A stretch of DNA of 64,000 nucleotides from Pseudothermotoga sp. (lineage in GTDB: Bacteria > Thermotogota > Thermotogae > Thermotogales > DSM-5069): the NCBI GenBank assembly GCA_041640575.1, contig JBEPZZ010000004.1:5392-69391 (forward strand), in the 5' to 3' direction. A program made the position numbers and the translations under genes. The notes below the pieces were generated by a model. It was not told where the DNA came from. It saw nothing but the letters and a program-made list of their open reading frames with translations, and ran no database searches. Positions 12,233-22,702 of the stretch are shown here, piece by piece; position 1 is the first letter of the stretch, and each line of letters starts with the position of its first letter.

Positions 12233-13150
12233 GTGAAAATCGGTTTCTTAACCGTGGCTTTAGGAAATACAAAATTGGAAGATATTGTACCATGGGCTGC
12301 AAGCGTGGGATTTGAGGCTTTAGAAATCGCTGCATGGCCTCTTATAAACGAGAGGGATTTCTCATCGACAACCATAGATGCTGAAAAATTAAACGAAAAC
12401 GAAGCCGAAAAAATCAAAGCACTTCTTGAAAAATATGGAGTTATCATTTCATCCTTGGCTTACTACGACAACAATCTTGATGCAAATGAGGAAAGAAGAA
12501 GAGTAGTTAACAATCATCTGAAAAAAGTCATAGATGCTGCTAGTATGTTAAATGTCGAATTGGTTGGAACATTTATTGGTAGGGACATAAGAAAGAGTGT
12601 TGAAGAAAACATTGACGAATTTGAGAAAGTATTTAAACCCATTATCACCTATGCAGAAAATAAGAACGTGAAATTGATGATAGAAAACTGTCCAATGGTG
12701 GGTTGGCAACAACAAGAAAAAATCGGCAACATATTTTATTCACCACAACTTTGGCGAGAAATTTTCAGGATAACACCAAGTTCATTTGGTTTGAACCTTG
12801 ATCCTTCTCATTTACATTGGCTCGGGATTGATTACATCAAAATAATCGAAGAATTCAAAGGCAGAATTTTCCATGTTCACGCAAAGGATACTGAGATAAA
12901 TCGAGAAAAGTTAAATGATCAAGGAATATTCGGATATTTCGGTACAAACTCGCATGACAAAAGCTGGTGGGTGTACAGGCTACCCGGTTTTGGCGAAATA
13001 AATTGGCAAGGGTTTCTAAAAGAAATCAAAAAGATTGGATATGACTTTGTCGTAAGTATTGAACACGAAGACCCAGTCTGGACAGGAACTGTTGAGAAAT
13101 CAAAAAAGGGGCTTGTTATTGGATTAAACTACTTAAAGCAATTTGTTTGA
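12233..13150 (+). CDS. Sugar phosphate isomerase/epimerase (AP endonuclease 2 / IolE-like TIM barrel)
   Basis: LMIENCP, GLNLDPSH, FHVHAKD, PGFGEINW, SIEHED metal motifs. Confidence 0.85.
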   Translation: MKIGFLTVALGNTKLEDIVPWAASVGFEALEIAAWPLINERDFSSTTIDAEKLNENEAEKIKALLEKYGVIISSLAYYDNNLDANEERRRVVNNHLKKVIDAASMLNVELVGTFIGRDIRKSVEENIDEFEKVFKPIITYAENKNVKLMIENCPMVGWQQQEKIGNIFYSPQLWREIFRITPSSFGLNLDPSHLHWLGIDYIKIIEEFKGRIFHVHAKDTEINREKLNDQGIFGYFGTNSHDKSWWVYRLPGFGEINWQGFLKEIKKIGYDFVVSIEHEDPVWTGTVEKSKKGLVIGLNYLKQFV

Positions 13151-13173
13151 ATCTGAATCAATTGTCCGTTGAG

Positions 13174-13197
13174 CAGAGCCACTTGGCTCTGTTTTTT
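13174..13197 (+). terminator. Rho-independent terminator of the sugar cluster
   Basis: CAGAGCCA-CT-TGGCTCTG followed by a T-run. Confidence 0.7.
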
Positions 13198-13333
13198 TGT
13201 TTTGCAATTTTACTTAATTATGGTTTTTCTCTTCTTACTTTGCTTTGACAGTAACTGTAATGTTTGCATTCTTGAATTTTAAACAAAATCTACTTCTTCA
13301 CTTCAAAAGACTGCAAGACTATCCATAATATTT

Positions 13334-13373
13334 CGGTATGCTTGGTTATACTTCAGTATGCTTAAGTATACGA
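13334..13373. repeat. Four 10-bp-phased imperfect direct repeats upstream of pckA
   Basis: CGGTATGCTT / GGTTATACTT / CAGTATGCTT / AAGTATACGA, directly upstream of TTGACA (13380-13385). Confidence 0.5.
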
Positions 13374-13461
13374 TGACTTTTGACATTTAATCCAAAGATG
13401 TTCAAATAGTAAAATTGTATGCACCGACAGCAACTTCTTATTTCACCGGTGGAGGGGTTAG

Positions 13462-15096
13462 ATGGCAACCAAAGGATTTTGGGAGATTAACGAAATTAAT
13501 CCTAAAAATTTCTCAAGAATTCGAACTACCATAGAAAGTGCCTTTTATGGAAACAACGTTGAATTGCTGACATCTCGCCGCGAGGCTTACAAGAAAGCAA
13601 AAATGTCTCCAGGTACGGTAGTTCTTGATATGAATATTTACAAACCTGAACTTCAGAACCTAGATGAAGGCACAAAAGTTCTGCTATTTAACGATGGTGC
13701 TACAGTAGGAAGGTTCTCAGCCGCGCGTAAGATTGTTGGCATTCCAGGTGTTGATCCGACAACGCTTGCAGAACTTTTGAGAGAGGCAGTATACAATACG
13801 AGGTCAAAACGTATGTATCATGCTGTTTCTTACACTGGGCTTGACAAAGATTTCATGGTAAAGAATCATATCCTTATTCCAGAAGGTTTCGAAAACACAG
13901 TATATAATTGGTTACTGAATTTCCAAGATCTTACGCCAGAATATTCTATGATGTACGAAAATTCAAAGTTTCTGAACGAGCCAGACATCTATATCTTCAC
14001 TGATCCAGATTGGTCCCATCCATCCTTTCCGGGTGGACTAGCGTTTTTCGATCCTCAAAATAATTGTGCCGCGCTACTAGGAATGAGATATTTTGGAGAG
14101 TTTAAAAAAGGAACCCTTACACTAGCTTGGTCAATTGCAAACAGACAAGGATATGTTTCATGCCACGGTGGATTGAAAAAATACGAAAAGAACAACAAAA
14201 GCTTTGTGGCTGCTTTCTTTGGACTGTCTGGTTCTGGAAAATCAACGCTGACACATGCAAAACATGATGGTAAATACCAAATAACAGTGCTTCATGATGA
14301 TGCATTGGTGATAAACCTGGACGATCTTTCTTCGATTGCACTTGAACCATCCTATTTTGATAAGACCTCGGATTATCCTCTTACAAGCGAAGACAATAAA
14401 TACCTGCTCACAATACAAAACTGTGGTGTAACCACCGACAGCCTTGGAAGAAAACTACCGGTCATGGAAGATATTCGAAATGGCAACGGAAGGGCAATCA
14501 AATCCAAATTGTGGTCACCAAATAGGGTTGACAAGATCTCTGAGCCACTGAACGCGATATTTTGGATAATGAAAGACCCTGCATTGCCTCCAATTTTACA
14601 CGTCAATGATCCCATCACAGCCTCAACCTTGGGAGCTACACTGACAACTAAAAGGACTACTGCCGAAAAGTTGGAACCTGGCTTCGATCCAGATACGCTT
14701 GTCTTTGAACCATATGCTAACCCATTCAGAACTTATCCACTTTCGGAAGACTATTTCAAGTTCAAAACCTTGTTTGAAAGAGGTATTGATTGCTTTATTA
14801 TAAACACGGGGTTCTTCATTGACAAAAAAATTCCAAAAGAATTGACGTTAGAGATACTAGAAAAATTAGTTGGTGGAAATGGAGAATTCAGAAGATTTAT
14901 TGGTTGCTTGGACTACATGCTTTTGGATAAGTTTCAGCCATTGATGGAAAGTACAGAATACAAAAGGATCATACGTGAGTCTTTGGAGAAAAAGTTAGAG
15001 TGTTTGAAGAAAAAAGATACTGAAAATGGTGGGTACGATAGTTTGCCTGAAGAGTGTAAAAATGCGATCTTGCAACTCACAGAACAAGTGAGATAA
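13462..15096 (+). CDS. pckA: Phosphoenolpyruvate carboxykinase (ATP)
   Basis: YFGEFKKG, SCHGG, FFGLSGSGKST (kinase-1a), LHDDA (kinase-2), YFDKT, NGNGR, PYANPF, INTG. Confidence 0.88.
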   Translation: MATKGFWEINEINPKNFSRIRTTIESAFYGNNVELLTSRREAYKKAKMSPGTVVLDMNIYKPELQNLDEGTKVLLFNDGATVGRFSAARKIVGIPGVDPTTLAELLREAVYNTRSKRMYHAVSYTGLDKDFMVKNHILIPEGFENTVYNWLLNFQDLTPEYSMMYENSKFLNEPDIYIFTDPDWSHPSFPGGLAFFDPQNNCAALLGMRYFGEFKKGTLTLAWSIANRQGYVSCHGGLKKYEKNNKSFVAAFFGLSGSGKSTLTHAKHDGKYQITVLHDDALVINLDDLSSIALEPSYFDKTSDYPLTSEDNKYLLTIQNCGVTTDSLGRKLPVMEDIRNGNGRAIKSKLWSPNRVDKISEPLNAIFWIMKDPALPPILHVNDPITASTLGATLTTKRTTAEKLEPGFDPDTLVFEPYANPFRTYPLSEDYFKFKTLFERGIDCFIINTGFFIDKKIPKELTLEILEKLVGGNGEFRRFIGCLDYMLLDKFQPLMESTEYKRIIRESLEKKLECLKKKDTENGGYDSLPEECKNAILQLTEQVR

Positions 15097-15425
15097 ACCC
15101 ATGATAAAGTATCATTCACCTTCTTAGTAAACGGTTCGGCAAACTACAGTTCAACAAAGATTTTAGTTTGATATGCTTTGTACTCAAAAAGTATTGAGTA
15201 AACTTATACAAATTGCATTCATTTTAGCCAAAAAATTGCTGACCAAAAGCAAGCTTCTCTTTAAATCTTTTCAGTTCATTGATCTGCTATAAAAAATTTT
15301 ACAAGCTATACCACACTTCAGTTCAAAAAGCAAAGTTAAGGTCAAATTTAGGCATTTGAAACCGCGCTAAGGTAACTTCTTGCAGACCAAAACTTAGTTT
15401 ATAATATAAAAAAGGAGAATTCCTC

Positions 15426-15845
15426 GTGAAGTTTTTTGCAGATAGAATGCTTGGAAAGCTTGCCAAGAAGCTAAGATTACTTGGGTTTGACACAATGTAC
15501 ATTTCACAAATTGACGAGTCAGAGATTCTCAAATTATGTACTGAAACGGATCGAATTTTGATAACAAGGGATAAAGAACTTCATTCCAAGGCTCTTAAAA
15601 AAGGAATAAAGAGTTTTTTGCTTAGAACTGACTCCTGGAGACAGCAGCTTACTGAGCTTTCAAAAATAGTTGAGCTCAGAAATTCGACAGCAATGACGCG
15701 CTGCAGTCTTTGTAATGCCGAGTTGAATCGTGCAAGTCCAGAAAAAGTGAGGCAAAAAGTGCCGCTTTATGTTCAGCAAATACGCGAGGAATTTTACGAA
15801 TGCCCAGTTTGTGGAAGGTTGTATTGGAAGGGAAGCCATATATAA
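15426..15845 (+). CDS. Mut7-C RNase (DUF82/PIN-like) protein with Zn ribbon; possibly truncated by 12 codons
   Basis: KFFADRMLGKLAKKLRLLGFDT, ILITRD, RCSLCN...CPVCGRLYWKGSH; the frame continues to TGA 15881 after TAA 15843. Confidence 0.8.
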   Translation: MKFFADRMLGKLAKKLRLLGFDTMYISQIDESEILKLCTETDRILITRDKELHSKALKKGIKSFLLRTDSWRQQLTELSKIVELRNSTAMTRCSLCNAELNRASPEKVRQKVPLYVQQIREEFYECPVCGRLYWKGSHI

Positions 15846-15877
15846 CACGCCATGGAGGAATTCAGGAGGTTAAATTT

Positions 15878-18538
15878 GTGAAACTTCTCGATTTGGTCGC
15901 TGAATTCTTTGAAAACGGTTATGAATCAGGGGCAATGTCCAAGGTGGCTGAGGATATTCGTCAGCTGTGTCAGGCAGAAAGCTGCGACATTTTTTTCTTT
16001 GAATATAGAAAAGAGAACCTTAGACTTGTTGGAACGACACGAGACAAATCTCTGGTTGGAGTTACAAAGTTAGAACCGAAAGATCTTAATGTTGAACAAA
16101 ACACGTACGTGTTTGATCTGAAACATAACAACAAATTCCTTGGAATCGTTGCGTTAACAAAACCAAGAAAACTGGAAGGAATCGAAAAGCTAATCGAAGA
16201 ACTTTCCTTTTCGCTTGAATGGTTGCAAAGGTATGTTCAAATCTATGACGATTTTGAACGCTACAAGAACATGAGTTACCTTACCGAACTTTTCTATGAT
16301 TGTAACGAGCTGCAGCAACTTAAGGAAGAATTCGTGAAAGGTATTTCGCATGTTTTAAAAGCTGAGGTTGTAATGCTCTTTGAAAAAGTTGATGATCACT
16401 ATGTGTTTTCTTCTGGTCACGGTGTTGATAAAAGTCAACTATTATCGGATAGGATATCCTCCACAAATCCACTTTTAGGAAAACTTCAGAAAAATCAGAG
16501 TGGTATACTTCAGATTAAACCAAAACTTGATTTTGTAAATCTGGAATGCAAATCGTTAATCGCCGTTCCTGTTATTTTGTCGGACCAAGTTTTTGCTGCA
16601 CTAATTGCCATCAACAAAATTCAACCAAAAGGATACAGATCAAATCACAGCTTTGACAAGACGGATTTAGCAATATTGTCTGAGGCAGCACGAAGGTTTT
16701 CTCTTGCGTATACAAGATTGATCTACCATCATGATTTGAAAAAACAAATCGAAACACTCACCAAATACACTAAAGATTATGAAAAACTCATTGAAGAACA
16801 AAGAATTTACCTCAAAAAAATGGATTTGGTTCATGCCATAAGTAATGCTATGCGTTCCAGTTACGATTTGAACAATGTTTACAAGATTCTATTGCTTGGC
16901 TTGACTTCTGGTAGAACACTTGGGTTTAACAGAGCCATGCTGCTGATAAGAAACAGAAAGATCGACGCCCTCGAAGGAAAGATTTGGTTAGGACCATCGG
17001 AAACCGATAATGTTGAACAAATCTGGAAAGAAGCTGAACGGCGAGCAATGAGTTACGGCGATTTATCTCAATATCTAAGGGAAGAAGCAATGATGCTAGA
17101 TACAAGCAAAGGACTAACTGATAAAGTTTCGAACAAAATTTTTTACTATAAGGAACATCCGATCTTTGAAAGAGCAGTTTTAAGAAGAAAGTTGATACAC
17201 ATTACCCCTGAACTTGCTCACACTTTGAAGGATATGATAAAAGACCTGTTAAGACTCCTGGATGTAGACGAATTTATCGTTGTACCTTTGATAGGAAAAT
17301 GGGATACAATAGGCGTTTTGATACTTGACAATAAATTCACCAGAGCACCAGTTTCGCAGACAGATATTGAAATACTAAAACTCATAGCCGACAGTGCAGG
17401 ACTAGCCATAGAAAATGCTATGAATTATGAAGAACTGAGAAAGAAAACGGAAAGTTTAGAGCAACAAAAGAACATGATAGATTATCTTCGCAAATTCAGT
17501 GAAAGCATCCTTCAAAATCTGAGTACAGCCATAGTTGTTTTGGACAAGGCTGGAAAGATAATCGAAGCTAACAAGAAAGTGGAATCTGTCCTTGGACTAC
17601 CGAGGGAAACCGCTATTGGACGCAACTATGATGAGTTTGGAATTGCTTATCAGGATCTCTTTGGCGTAGGAATGAAGGTTTTCGAAACAGGAGAAAGCAT
17701 TTCGCTTTCAAAGTACATGATTGAAACATCCAGTGGGGAGAAGTACTTTGATGTAAAGTATTCGCCACTTTGGGACAGCTCTGGAGAAACTCTGATGGGC
17801 GTCATAGTGACACTAGACGATGTAACTGAACAGTACAGAGCAGAACAGGAAAGAAAGAATAAGGAAAAGCTTATCCTGCTTGGTGAGGTTGCTGCGCGTG
17901 TCGCGCATGAATTGAGAAATCCTATAACCGTCTTGGGAGGATTTCTGAACAGGCTTAAGAAAAACATATCTGATCCTGCTGCGCGCGAAAAATATTTAGA
18001 AATACTGAGCAGAGAAATTGATAGCCTGCAGACCATTGTTAACGAGATACTCGATTTCAGTAAAGCTTCGGTAAAGATAGATCGTATAAAATTTCAGTTA
18101 AATGAACTCATCAATGAAGTTATAATTCTGATGGCTGAAAAAACGTCTAAAAAAGGAATAGCAATGGAGTTTTATCCTTCGCCAACTCCTGAAATTTTTG
18201 CTGATAGAAATAGGATAAAAAGAGTGCTGATAAATCTTATACAAAACGCAATTGAGGCCTGTCCAGAAAACGGAAAGATTATCGTAAAAACTGCTTACGA
18301 ACAGGATAAAATTGTGACGTCGGTTTTTAACACCGGCGAACCAATAAAGGACGATGTTGCAAGAAAGCTTTTCACTCCATTTTTCACAACGAAAACCTAC
18401 GGCACAGGACTTGGTTTACCAATATGCAAGAAGATTATTGAGGATGAGCATGGAGGAAAAATCTGGGTTGAACCCAGGTTGAATGGTACAGAGTTCTTCT
18501 TCGAACTGCCAATGGAAGGAGAGGGTAACAATGGTTAA
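15878..18538 (+). CDS. GAF/PAS sensor histidine kinase, ThkA-like
   Basis: GTG 15878 after AGGAGG; GAF- and PAS-like segments; H-box VAHELRNP, NLIQNA, FTPFFTTK, GTGLGL; precedes a TrrA-like regulator and ileS. Confidence 0.88.
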   Translation: MKLLDLVAEFFENGYESGAMSKVAEDIRQLCQAESCDIFFFEYRKENLRLVGTTRDKSLVGVTKLEPKDLNVEQNTYVFDLKHNNKFLGIVALTKPRKLEGIEKLIEELSFSLEWLQRYVQIYDDFERYKNMSYLTELFYDCNELQQLKEEFVKGISHVLKAEVVMLFEKVDDHYVFSSGHGVDKSQLLSDRISSTNPLLGKLQKNQSGILQIKPKLDFVNLECKSLIAVPVILSDQVFAALIAINKIQPKGYRSNHSFDKTDLAILSEAARRFSLAYTRLIYHHDLKKQIETLTKYTKDYEKLIEEQRIYLKKMDLVHAISNAMRSSYDLNNVYKILLLGLTSGRTLGFNRAMLLIRNRKIDALEGKIWLGPSETDNVEQIWKEAERRAMSYGDLSQYLREEAMMLDTSKGLTDKVSNKIFYYKEHPIFERAVLRRKLIHITPELAHTLKDMIKDLLRLLDVDEFIVVPLIGKWDTIGVLILDNKFTRAPVSQTDIEILKLIADSAGLAIENAMNYEELRKKTESLEQQKNMIDYLRKFSESILQNLSTAIVVLDKAGKIIEANKKVESVLGLPRETAIGRNYDEFGIAYQDLFGVGMKVFETGESISLSKYMIETSSGEKYFDVKYSPLWDSSGETLMGVIVTLDDVTEQYRAEQERKNKEKLILLGEVAARVAHELRNPITVLGGFLNRLKKNISDPAAREKYLEILSREIDSLQTIVNEILDFSKASVKIDRIKFQLNELINEVIILMAEKTSKKGIAMEFYPSPTPEIFADRNRIKRVLINLIQNAIEACPENGKIIVKTAYEQDKIVTSVFNTGEPIKDDVARKLFTPFFTTKTYGTGLGLPICKKIIEDEHGGKIWVEPRLNGTEFFFELPMEGEGNNG

Positions 18539-18893
18539 GCAAGCTCGTATCCTAGTTGTTGAAGATGAAGAAAACGTCAGATTGCTCATAAGCGAAGAAC
18601 TTCAAGACTCAGGCTACATCGTTGAAACTGCGGCTAATGCGGAAGAAGCCTTGAAAAAGTTAGACAAAAACCGTTTCGACTTAGCAACAATTGATGTCGA
18701 GATGCCTGGTATGAACGGCATAGAGCTAGCTGGTTTGCTAAGGCAAAAGTTTCCTGGTATAAAAATAGTTTTGTTGACGGCATATAGTCACTACAAGTAT
18801 GACCTTGCCTCCTGGGCTGCCGATGCCTATATAGTGAAATCGGCAGATTTGGAGGAACTCAAAAGAACCATAGCTAAACTCATGAGTATGTGA
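18531..18893 (+). CDS. Single-domain response regulator, TrrA-like
   Basis: ILVVEDE, IDVEMPGMNG, LLTAYSHY...SWAAD.YIVKS resembles T. maritima TrrA (from memory). Confidence 0.88.
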   Translation: MVKQARILVVEDEENVRLLISEELQDSGYIVETAANAEEALKKLDKNRFDLATIDVEMPGMNGIELAGLLRQKFPGIKIVLLTAYSHYKYDLASWAADAYIVKSADLEELKRTIAKLMSM

Positions 18894-18905
18894 GGAGGTA
18901 TTAAC

Positions 18906-21638
18906 TTGGAGTACAAAGACACACTCAACTTACCAAGTACAGATTTTCCTATGCGTGGAAATTTGGTAGAGAAAGAACCGAAAATTTTGGAGAAGTGGCG
19001 GAAACTTGGTGTATATAACTACATACTTAAGCAAAGGGAGAACCGTCCAGCTTTCATTTTGCACGATGGACCACCGTATGCAAACGGTGCGATACATATA
19101 GGCACAGCTATGAACAAGATTCTGAAAGATATCGTCGTGAAATACAAAACTTTTCAAGGTTACAGATCTCCATACATCCCAGGATGGGACACACATGGTT
19201 TACCAATTGAACACAAAGTTACTACAGCGCTTGGCGAAAAAGTGAAATCAATGACACCGATAGAGATTAGGAAAGCTTGCGAGGAATTCGCTTTGTCTCA
19301 GATTGAGATGCAAAAAAGGCAGTTTGAGAGACTTGGTGTTATAGGAGATTGGGAAAACTACTATGCCACATTGACTCATGAATACGAATACAAGATTTAC
19401 GAAGTTTTTGAAAAACTTGTCGAGGACGGTTATGTATATAGAACCAAAAAACCTGTCCTGTGGTGTATGCATTGTCAAACCGCATTAGCTCAAGCTGAAA
19501 TTGAATATTATGATCATTCTTCTCCTTCCATCTACGTGAAATTCAAGATGAAGGATTCTAGCGAATACATAATTGTGTGGACCACAACACCTTGGACTTT
19601 ACCAGGAAACACTGGCATCGCGGTTCATCCTGAACACAACTACGTCAGGGTAAAAGTTGGGAACGAAGTTTGGATTGTTGCAGAAAAGTTACTAAACAAC
19701 ATGATGAATACCTTAGAGATAGAAGAATATGAGATTCTGGAAAAATTCAGTGGAAAGCAACTCAATGGTAAGCTCGCTATTCATCCACTTTACGAAAGAA
19801 TTTCACGCATAATTGTCGCCGAGTATGTTGATATGGAAACTGGAACTGGTTGTGTGCATATCGCACCTGGCCATGGAGAGGAAGATTATGAATATGGCTA
19901 TCTGATTCACGGATTAGATTTACTCTCACCAGTTGATGAAACAGGTCATTTCACAAAAGAAGCAGGCAAGTACGCTGGAATGAACATCATCAAAGCCAAT
20001 GATGTGATTATAGAAGATCTGAGAAGGAATGGAGCATTGCTGAAATCCTCTGAGATATCTCATTCCTATCCACATTGCTGGCGGTGCAAGAAACCCGTAA
20101 TATTCAGAGCAACAGAACAGTGGTTCATTTCTATCGACAAAAATAGCCTGAGAAAAAAGATTATGGAACAGATTGAAAAGGTCAAATGGGTACCTGAGTG
20201 GGGAAAGAATCGAATCAGCGCTATGATTGAAGAACGTCCAGATTGGTGTATCTCCCGCCAAAGAGTCTGGGGCGTGCCAATACCAGCTTTCAGGTGTAAC
20301 GATTGTAGTTATGTTGCTTTGACGCCGCAAACTATAAGGCATTTTGCAGAAATTGTCAAACACAAAGGAACTAATGCCTGGTTTGAGATGGATGTTAAAG
20401 ACCTTGTCCCAAATGACTTTGTCTGCCCCAACTGTGGATCGAAGAATCTTTCAAAAACGCTTGATACTTTGGATGTCTGGATAGATTCTGGGGCATCTTT
20501 CGAAGCCGTTTTGAATAATAGACCCGATCTTTCCTTTCCTTCAGACATGTATCTTGAAGGAAGTGATCAACACCGTGGTTGGTTCAATTCATCAATCGTT
20601 TTATCTGTCATCAAGCATGGTATAGCTCCGTACAAAATTGTGTTGACACACGGATTCATAAAGGATGAAGAAGGAAGAAGAATGAGTAAATCTCTGGGTA
20701 ATATAGTCGATCCCTTGGAGGTTTGCTCAAAATATGGCGCCGATGTCCTAAGATTGTGGCTCGCGAGCAGTGACTACTTTAACGACATAAGGATCTCTCA
20801 AAAAATCATATTGCAGCAGGTAGAAGTTTACAAAAAGCTGAGAAACACTATCAGATATCTGCTTGCGAACCTGAATGACTTTTCTGAATCACAAAGAGTA
20901 CCATATGAAAAACTTTTACCAATTGATAAGTGGGCGCTTGGAAGATTACAGCAAATAATAAAATCTGTAACGGAAGCCTATGAAGACTTCGAATTTTCGC
21001 GAGCTTATAACATATTGGTGAAATACTGTTCAGTGGAACTGAGCTCCGTATATCTTGATATAATTAAAGATAGGTTATACGTAGAGGGTAAAAATTCATT
21101 GAAGAGGAAATCAGCTCAAGCAGTTCTCTACGATATCCTGCAATCAACTTTAATCATGCTGGCTCCAATTTTGTCCTTTACTTGCGAGGAAGCTTATGAA
21201 CATTTTAGCGGAAAGCGGTATCAAACGATCTTTGCCGAAACGTGGCCAAAATATCGTCAGGAATATGTGGATGAGCAACTGCTGGCGGAATTTGATAAAC
21301 TGTTAGAGGTCAGAGAAATTGTCCTAAAGAAACTTGAAGAAGCAAGGCAAAGCGGTTTGATTGGTCATTCACTCGATGCGAAAGTTTTAATAAAAACTTC
21401 CTCAAGAGAATACTTTGAAGTGTTAGAAAAATATTCCCGACAACTTGAAGAGTTCCTTATCGTTTCGCAGGTACATTTTGACAAGAACGCAGATGAGTCA
21501 ATTATTGAAGTCAAGGTCGATAAAGCTGACGGGCAGAAATGTGAAAGATGCTGGAAATATCATCCACTCACTGGCGTCAATCCAAACTTCCCTGGTGCTT
21601 GTCCGCGATGTGTCGAAGTTCTAAGTTCGGGAGAATGA
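18906..21638 (+). CDS. ileS: Isoleucine--tRNA ligase (type 1)
   Basis: [45 protein letters not shown]-terminal Zn finger CERCW...CPRC. Confidence 0.97.
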   Translation: MEYKDTLNLPSTDFPMRGNLVEKEPKILEKWRKLGVYNYILKQRENRPAFILHDGPPYANGAIHIGTAMNKILKDIVVKYKTFQGYRSPYIPGWDTHGLPIEHKVTTALGEKVKSMTPIEIRKACEEFALSQIEMQKRQFERLGVIGDWENYYATLTHEYEYKIYEVFEKLVEDGYVYRTKKPVLWCMHCQTALAQAEIEYYDHSSPSIYVKFKMKDSSEYIIVWTTTPWTLPGNTGIAVHPEHNYVRVKVGNEVWIVAEKLLNNMMNTLEIEEYEILEKFSGKQLNGKLAIHPLYERISRIIVAEYVDMETGTGCVHIAPGHGEEDYEYGYLIHGLDLLSPVDETGHFTKEAGKYAGMNIIKANDVIIEDLRRNGALLKSSEISHSYPHCWRCKKPVIFRATEQWFISIDKNSLRKKIMEQIEKVKWVPEWGKNRISAMIEERPDWCISRQRVWGVPIPAFRCNDCSYVALTPQTIRHFAEIVKHKGTNAWFEMDVKDLVPNDFVCPNCGSKNLSKTLDTLDVWIDSGASFEAVLNNRPDLSFPSDMYLEGSDQHRGWFNSSIVLSVIKHGIAPYKIVLTHGFIKDEEGRRMSKSLGNIVDPLEVCSKYGADVLRLWLASSDYFNDIRISQKIILQQVEVYKKLRNTIRYLLANLNDFSESQRVPYEKLLPIDKWALGRLQQIIKSVTEAYEDFEFSRAYNILVKYCSVELSSVYLDIIKDRLYVEGKNSLKRKSAQAVLYDILQSTLIMLAPILSFTCEEAYEHFSGKRYQTIFAETWPKYRQEYVDEQLLAEFDKLLEVREIVLKKLEEARQSGLIGHSLDAKVLIKTSSREYFEVLEKYSRQLEEFLIVSQVHFDKNADESIIEVKVDKADGQKCERCWKYHPLTGVNPNFPGACPRCVEVLSSGE

Positions 21639-21642
21639 TAAT

Positions 21643-22701
21643 ATGATAGACATTTTTGCTCTGATAGCCGATGCCTTTTCGAAGAAGGCATCGGATGTTC
21701 ATCTTTCAGCTGGGTGTAACCCAATATATCGAATAAACGGGCTTCTTGAACTGCAGAAGAATTTTCCAGTAATTACTGAAGGAGATCTTTTAGAAAGCAT
21801 TGAAAGGCTCTTCGAGAAAATTGATTTCCATGCTTTTGATAACAAGAAGGAAACAGACTTTGCGTTTGATGTCGGTGATGAAATCAGGGTACGTGGAAAT
21901 TTGTATTTCGAGCGAAGGAAACCAGCTTTGGCTCTGCGATTGATAACTAGGAAAATCCGTACTTTTGATGAACTGGGCTTGCCACAAATACTTAAAGAAC
22001 TCACTGAACGTGACTCAGGTTTAGTATTGGTCGCTGGACCAACGGGAAGTGGCAAATCAACAACTTTGGCCGCGATGATTGACCACATAAATTCCAATTT
22101 CCCGTATCACATAATCACTATAGAAGATCCGATTGAGTACGTTTTTACAAATAAAAAATCCATTGTGCACCAAAGAGAATTAGGGCAGGATACAAAAAGC
22201 TTTTACGATGGTCTGAAATACGCTCTTAGACAAGACCCAGACGTCATACTCGTTGGAGAAATGAGGGATCTTGAAACGATGGCTTTAGCTTTGACAGCTG
22301 CCGAAACGGGACATTTAGTCTTCAGTACCATTCATACAAACAGTGCCGCATCGGTCCCAGAAAGGGTAATTGATGTTTTCCCTGCTAGTCAGCAAAAGCA
22401 AATCGCTTTGCAACTCGCAAATACCCTGGTTGGTGTCATATATCAAAGGCTTTTGAGACGAGCTGATGGAAAAGGCATGGTACCTGTGCTGGAAATTCTT
22501 GTTGGTACTCCTGCGGTAAAGAACTTGATACGTGAAAACAAACTGCATCAGATAGAATCAATAATGCAGACAAGCGCTAAGCAGGGGATGGTTCTGTTCG
22601 ATGATGCCTTGTTTAAGGCTTATGTCAGTGGGCTTATTGACAAAACACAAGTTTACGAATACACTAGAAATCCTGAAGAAATGAGGAGGAAGATAGGATA
22701 G
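21643..22701 (+). CDS. pilT: PilT/PilU-family type IV pilus retraction ATPase
   Basis: ASDVHL, GPTGSGKSTT, TIEDPIE, LRQDPDVILVGEMRD, AETGHLVFSTIHT. Confidence 0.92.
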   Translation: MIDIFALIADAFSKKASDVHLSAGCNPIYRINGLLELQKNFPVITEGDLLESIERLFEKIDFHAFDNKKETDFAFDVGDEIRVRGNLYFERRKPALALRLITRKIRTFDELGLPQILKELTERDSGLVLVAGPTGSGKSTTLAAMIDHINSNFPYHIITIEDPIEYVFTNKKSIVHQRELGQDTKSFYDGLKYALRQDPDVILVGEMRDLETMALALTAAETGHLVFSTIHTNSAASVPERVIDVFPASQQKQIALQLANTLVGVIYQRLLRRADGKGMVPVLEILVGTPAVKNLIRENKLHQIESIMQTSAKQGMVLFDDALFKAYVSGLIDKTQVYEYTRNPEEMRRKIG

Positions 22702-22702
22702 A

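Noticed and set aside
15800-15877. ORF-track N-terminal extension of the histidine kinase
   Set aside because: It overlaps the Mut7-C Zn-ribbon coding sequence; GTG 15878 follows AGGAGG
18906-21638. IleRS signature variants HIGT and RMSKS
   Set aside because: Within the normal variation of class I synthetase motifs; no evidence for a resistance-type (type 2) IleRS
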